A stretch of DNA of 64,000 bases from Candidatus Margulisiibacteriota bacterium (lineage in GTDB: Bacteria > Margulisbacteria > WOR-1 > JAHJIW01): positions 26,954 to 90,953 of the forward strand of contig JAHJIW010000010.1 of NCBI GenBank assembly GCA_018823125.1. The letters are read 5' to 3'. The translations under genes were made by a program, and so were the position numbers. Position 1 is the stretch's first letter; each line of letters opens with the position of its first letter. The notes under the pieces are model-generated. The model had not been told where the DNA came from, did not search any database, and worked only from the letters and a program-made list of their open reading frames with translations. Shown here piece by piece: positions 60,454 to 64,000 of the stretch.

Positions 60454-60798
60454 TTACCCCGGCGGCCACGAAAAATCCCGGCCCCCCAAAAGGTGAAAGT
60501 GAACGTGAAACACAGCCTGGCCCGCGGATTTACCTTCGTTTACCACTACCCGATAGCCGGCCGCTTTTAATTTTTTATCCTCAACCAGTTTTTGGATCAC
60601 ACCGTAAACTTTGGCAATTAAAGGAAGCTCCGGCCTCCCCAGATCCGAAAGACAAGCCACGTGTTTTTTTGGAATCACCAGGATATGCTGCGGAGCTTTA
60701 GGATCAATATCATTAAAAGCCAGCACGTCCTCATCTTCATAAACAATATCAGACTTTATCTCTTTATTGATAATTTTACAGAAAATACAGTCAGTCAT
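60454..60798 (-). CDS. HIT family protein (histidine triad nucleotide hydrolase)
   Basis: 114 aa. HVHFHLLGG histidine-triad motif. N-terminal CIFCKI. Confidence 0.9.
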   Translation of the reverse strand: MTDCIFCKIINKEIKSDIVYEDEDVLAFNDIDPKAPQHILVIPKKHVACLSDLGRPELPLIAKVYGVIQKLVEDKKLKAAGYRVVVNEGKSAGQAVFHVHFHLLGGRDFSWPPG

Positions 60799-60813
60799 TT
60801 AGTTCACCATTGC

Positions 60814-60868
60814 AACTAAGTGACTAAGCGATTAAGCGACTAGGTGTTTTCCACTTAGTCACTTAGTT
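60814..60868. repeat. perfect 15-bp inverted repeat (AACTAAGTGACTAAG ... CTTAGTCACTTAGTT) with 25-nt spacer, between ricT stop and HIT start
   Basis: Read directly from the sequence. Arms at 60814-60828 and 60854-60868. No U-tract after the stem on either strand. Confidence 0.7.
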
Positions 60869-60869
60869 A

Positions 60870-61538
60870 CTATTTGCTTAGTCCCTTCTCCTTTTTTTCG
60901 TATTCGTACTCTAAACAACACATCAGTCGGCCGCACATTCCCGAAGTTTTGGTAGGAGATATTTGCAGGCCCTGCTCTTTCACCATTTTAACTGTAATGT
61001 GGCGCGGCTTGGAAAGCCAGGAAGCACAGCAAAGCGAACGACCACAAGGCCCTAGTCCTCCAAAAAGGCGGGCCTCATCCCGGGGATTAATTTGCTTCAG
61101 CTCCACCCGAGCTTTAAGCAGTCTGGATAAATCCCGGCCTAACTCTCGCGTGCCGCGTGATTTTTTGCCTTCCGCGATTTTATAGTAAAAGATAACCCGG
61201 CTGCCGTCAAAAATCACTTCTACGTTAACTACTTTTAAAGGCAGTTCATATTCCTTAACTTTTTGCGCCGCCAATTTCAAAACTTCTTCTTCCCGCGCGG
61301 TAGTGGCTGCCAACTGCTTTAAATCTTCATCACTGGCATAACGCACAACTTTTTTTAACCGCACATCTTTAGCCAGGGCGTTAGGATAACCCTTAGGAAA
61401 AGAAACGATCCAGCCAAACTCCGTTCCCCGATCGGTTCCAACAATGACCGCCGCACCCACTTTAATTGATTGTTCATTGTATCCGGCAATGGGACAAATC
61501 CGTCCAAATTTAGATAAACGAATAGCAAGTTTTGCCAC
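60870..61538 (-). CDS. ricT: PSP1-domain protein RicT/YaaT-like
   Basis: 222 aa. Conserved Cys-rich C-terminus (GPCGRSLCCASWL...GMCGRLMCCLEYE). Adjacent to holB as in Firmicutes. Confidence 0.8.
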   Translation of the reverse strand: MAKLAIRLSKFGRICPIAGYNEQSIKVGAAVIVGTDRGTEFGWIVSFPKGYPNALAKDVRLKKVVRYASDEDLKQLAATTAREEEVLKLAAQKVKEYELPLKVVNVEVIFDGSRVIFYYKIAEGKKSRGTRELGRDLSRLLKARVELKQINPRDEARLFGGLGPCGRSLCCASWLSKPRHITVKMVKEQGLQISPTKTSGMCGRLMCCLEYEYEKKEKGLSK

Positions 61539-62336
61539 TTAAAATACCTCCAAGAGTTTTAAAAACATCGCGTCCAACGCTACCCGGGCCGCAGCCTTTC
61601 TTTTGATTCCTTTTATGGTATCCATCACAATTTTTAATATTTTATTAGCGCCCGGATTACTCTGCAGTAAATTGTTTCTTAAAAACAACATAAAATTAAC
61701 CAATTGCTGCTCTAAATTACTTTTATCTCTGGCCATCGCCTTGGAAAAGAAAAATAACTGATTAATATCATGCTTTTTCAGCAAGTTTAATAACTTGGGT
61801 GAAGCTTCATCTTCTCCCGCCAACAGTGCCCCATCCGGAAAAGCAACTTTGTGACAACGCGATTTAATCGTAGGTAAAATTGCATACGGCGAAGACGCCA
61901 TTAATACAAAAACTACATGATCTTTGGGCTCTTCCAGGATTTTCAAAAAACTATTGGCCGCTTCGGTAGTCATTTTATCGGCAGCCTGAATTAAAACTAC
62001 TAAATATTTTCCCTGATTCGGCCCGAACTTTACTATACTTTTAATTTCTCGGATCTGATCAATCTTAATCGAGGTGCCAACCGGCGCAACACTAAGTACA
62101 TCTACAAATTTAGCATTGGCAATCAGCTTACAGTTTAAACATTCACCACACGGACGGCTTTCTTGGGATAAACAGTTTAAGGCTTTGGCAAAATCCAGTG
62201 CAGAAACTTGAATTGACGCTTGATCTGGTCCCAAAAAAAGATAAGCATTAGCAATGCGGGAAGTCTTTAAAACTCCACTTAATACCTTTGAAACCCGCGG
62301 GCTTCCGAACATATTTTCTTTTAATTGTAGAGGCAA
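61539..62336 (-). CDS. holB: DNA polymerase III delta-prime subunit
   Basis: 265 aa. AAA+ clamp-loader fold with degenerate P-loop (AYLFLGPDQAS). Zn module C-x-x-C...C-x-x-C (RPCGECLNCKLI). Confidence 0.75.
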   Translation of the reverse strand: MPLQLKENMFGSPRVSKVLSGVLKTSRIANAYLFLGPDQASIQVSALDFAKALNCLSQESRPCGECLNCKLIANAKFVDVLSVAPVGTSIKIDQIREIKSIVKFGPNQGKYLVVLIQAADKMTTEAANSFLKILEEPKDHVVFVLMASSPYAILPTIKSRCHKVAFPDGALLAGEDEASPKLLNLLKKHDINQLFFFSKAMARDKSNLEQQLVNFMLFLRNNLLQSNPGANKILKIVMDTIKGIKRKAAARVALDAMFLKLLEVF

Positions 62337-62417
62337 TTCTCATATCACCCGATAGATAAAAATCCTTGAAATTTATGGTTAAATTATATCACAGGCTACC
62401 TAGGGGGGCAATCGAAG

Positions 62418-64000
62418 CTAAAAAGCGCCTTTACGTTTGCTTTCCCGGGCAATATCAGCCCGGTAAGCATCGTACACATCCGATACTTCGCGGATCGTAT
62501 TTAAGACTAAAGCCAAATGTTCGGTATCTTTGATGTCTACCACCAGTTTAATAATGGCCGAGCTGCCTCTTTTGGTGCGCACGTTGGCCGCCGAAAGATT
62601 AGTTTGAATGGACGCAACTTTTTCCAGGATATCTTTTAAAACTCCCACCCGATCAAAGGCTTCTACCTCAAGATCTACCGAATAGATAATGTCTGCCCTA
62701 TTATCCCAGCTAACCTCCACTTTTCTGCCTTCATCTGCCGGCAAGGTAACCACGTTTGGACAATCGGCACGGTGAACGGCAATCCCCCTCCCCTTGGTTA
62801 CAAATCCCACAATTTCATCACCGGGCAGGGGTTTACAGCATTTGGAAAACCGCACCTGTACATTTTCGAGATCGGCCACCCGGATCCCCTGCTTTTTCTT
62901 TCCTTTTCTGCCTTTTTTTACCAATAAAGGTTGAACCAGCTCTTCTTCAACCGGTGGAACGCCGTGTTGCTTTTGAATCCGGGTACGTAGCTTGCGGGCA
63001 ATTTGATAAGCCGAATATTCGCCGTAGCCTATTGCCGCAAAAAGTTCCGCAATACTCGGCAAGCCAAATTCCTTGGCCACGGCCAACAGATGTTCATCGG
63101 TCATAACTTCATCCGCACGCAGCCCTAATTTTTTAATCTCGCTTCTGATATTGGCTTCTCCGCGGCCCACGTTTTCTTCGGTCTTTCGTTTTTTAAACCA
63201 GCTTTTAAGTTTATTCTTTGCCCCCGAAGTCTTAACTACATTCAGCCAATCTAAACTGGGGCTATCAATTTTCCCGGTAATGATTTCGAGAATATCCCCG
63301 TTTTTTAATTTATGATCGAGCGGCACGATGCGTCCGTTTACTTTAGCCCCGATACAGCGGTGCCCCACTTCAGTATGTACCCGATAAGCAAAATCGATAG
63401 GAGTAGCATTCACCGGAAGGTCAATGACCTTACCTTGCGGGGTAAAAACAAAAACTTCACCCACAAAAAGATCTACTTTAATGCTTTCCAAAAAGTCTTT
63501 AGCGCTTTTTATCTCTTCTTGAGAATCGATCAATTGACGCAGCCAGGCCATTTTAGTATCTAAACTTTGATCGGTTTCGCCTTCTTTATATTTCCAGTGC
63601 GAAGCAATGCCGTATTCGGCAGTGCGGTGCATTTCTTTGGTACGAATTTGAATTTCGACCGGGCGTCCCCTGGGGCCGATAACCGTGGTGTGCAAAGATT
63701 GATAACCATTAGATTTAGGCATCGCCACGTAATCTCTGAAGCGGCCGGGAATCGGTTTCCAGGCAGCATGAATGATACCCAGCGCCGCGTAACATTCTTT
63801 GACTCCGTCCACAATGATGCGGATTGCCAACAAATCATAGAGTTCTTCAAACTCCAGGTTCTGTTCAACCATTTTTCGATAGATACTATAAAAATGTTTG
63901 GGCCGACCGTAAATTTCGGCGGTGATGGTTACCATTTTGAGATGATCTTTAACATCCCTAATAAACGTAGAAACCACTTGTTCGCGCTCGCCCCTGGACT
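62418..64000 (-). CDS. rel: bifunctional (p)ppGpp synthetase/hydrolase RelA/SpoT family, 5'-truncated by window edge
   Basis: Synthetase domain (YSIYRKM...DLLAIRII), TGS and ACT C-terminal domains. The reading frame continues past position 64000, so the HD domain is outside the window. Confidence 0.9.
   Translation of the reverse strand, partial: SRGEREQVVSTFIRDVKDHLKMVTITAEIYGRPKHFYSIYRKMVEQNLEFEELYDLLAIRIIVDGVKECYAALGIIHAAWKPIPGRFRDYVAMPKSNGYQSLHTTVIGPRGRPVEIQIRTKEMHRTAEYGIASHWKYKEGETDQSLDTKMAWLRQLIDSQEEIKSAKDFLESIKVDLFVGEVFVFTPQGKVIDLPVNATPIDFAYRVHTEVGHRCIGAKVNGRIVPLDHKLKNGDILEIITGKIDSPSLDWLNVVKTSGAKNKLKSWFKKRKTEENVGRGEANIRSEIKKLGLRADEVMTDEHLLAVAKEFGLPSIAELFAAIGYGEYSAYQIARKLRTRIQKQHGVPPVEEELVQPLLVKKGRKGKKKQGIRVADLENVQVRFSKCCKPLPGDEIVGFVTKGRGIAVHRADCPNVVTLPADEGRKVEVSWDNRADIIYSVDLEVEAFDRVGVLKDILEKVASIQTNLSAANVRTKRGSSAIIKLVVDIKDTEHLALVLNTIREVSDVYDAYRADIARESKRKGAF

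Noticed and set aside
62418-63977. Treating the Rel ORF as a complete 519-aa gene starting at 63977
   Set aside because: The frame stays open to the window edge, and the encoded segment begins mid-way through the synthetase domain. The true start with the HD domain lies beyond position 64000.

Overview
Compact, gene-dense bacterial chromosome segment, about 42% GC, roughly 62 protein-coding genes, mostly on the minus strand. No rRNA, tRNA, CRISPR array or mobile element was recognised. Most genes are housekeeping: purine biosynthesis (purL, purA, purH, purN, purM, two tandem purF paralogs), aminoacyl-tRNA synthetases (aspS, hisS, proS, glyQ/glyS), pnp-rpsO, eno, ribF, queC, trmB, rpe, rpsU, holB-ricT and a 5'-truncated relA/spoT. 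The envelope genes indicate a diderm cell with LPS and an SLH-tethered outer membrane: an OmpM-like SLH-domain beta-barrel porin, lptB, two lptF/G permeases, lptD, lnt, a second beta-barrel OMP, and competence genes comEA-comEC. A small accessory island holds HPP, YibE/F, an M23 peptidase, an Na/Pi cotransporter and a U32 peptidase. The most unusual features are listed here. (1) A three-gene operon of secreted proteins at 44.1-47.8 kb: an Ig-like plus beta-propeller lipoprotein; a glycine-rich putative small barrel; and a seven-blade FG-GAP integrin-like propeller. The last two share a duplicated N-terminal signal-peptide plus coiled-coil module. (2) An expanded outer-membrane biogenesis super-cluster at 47.9-60.4 kb with non-canonical members: a TrpD-like gene translationally coupled to lptB, a DUF3084 protein, a YqgF/RuvC-like nuclease, a lipoprotein directly downstream of lptD (candidate LptE analogue), a large TPR protein, and rpsU overlapping lptG. 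(3) A strand-switched pair of small helical ORFs between hisS and aspS. (4) A zinc-ribbon mini-gene with a strong RBS embedded between purF and purM. Taxonomy cannot be fixed from sequence alone; features are compatible with a diderm Firmicutes-like (Negativicutes or Halanaerobiales-type) or candidate-phylum lineage.
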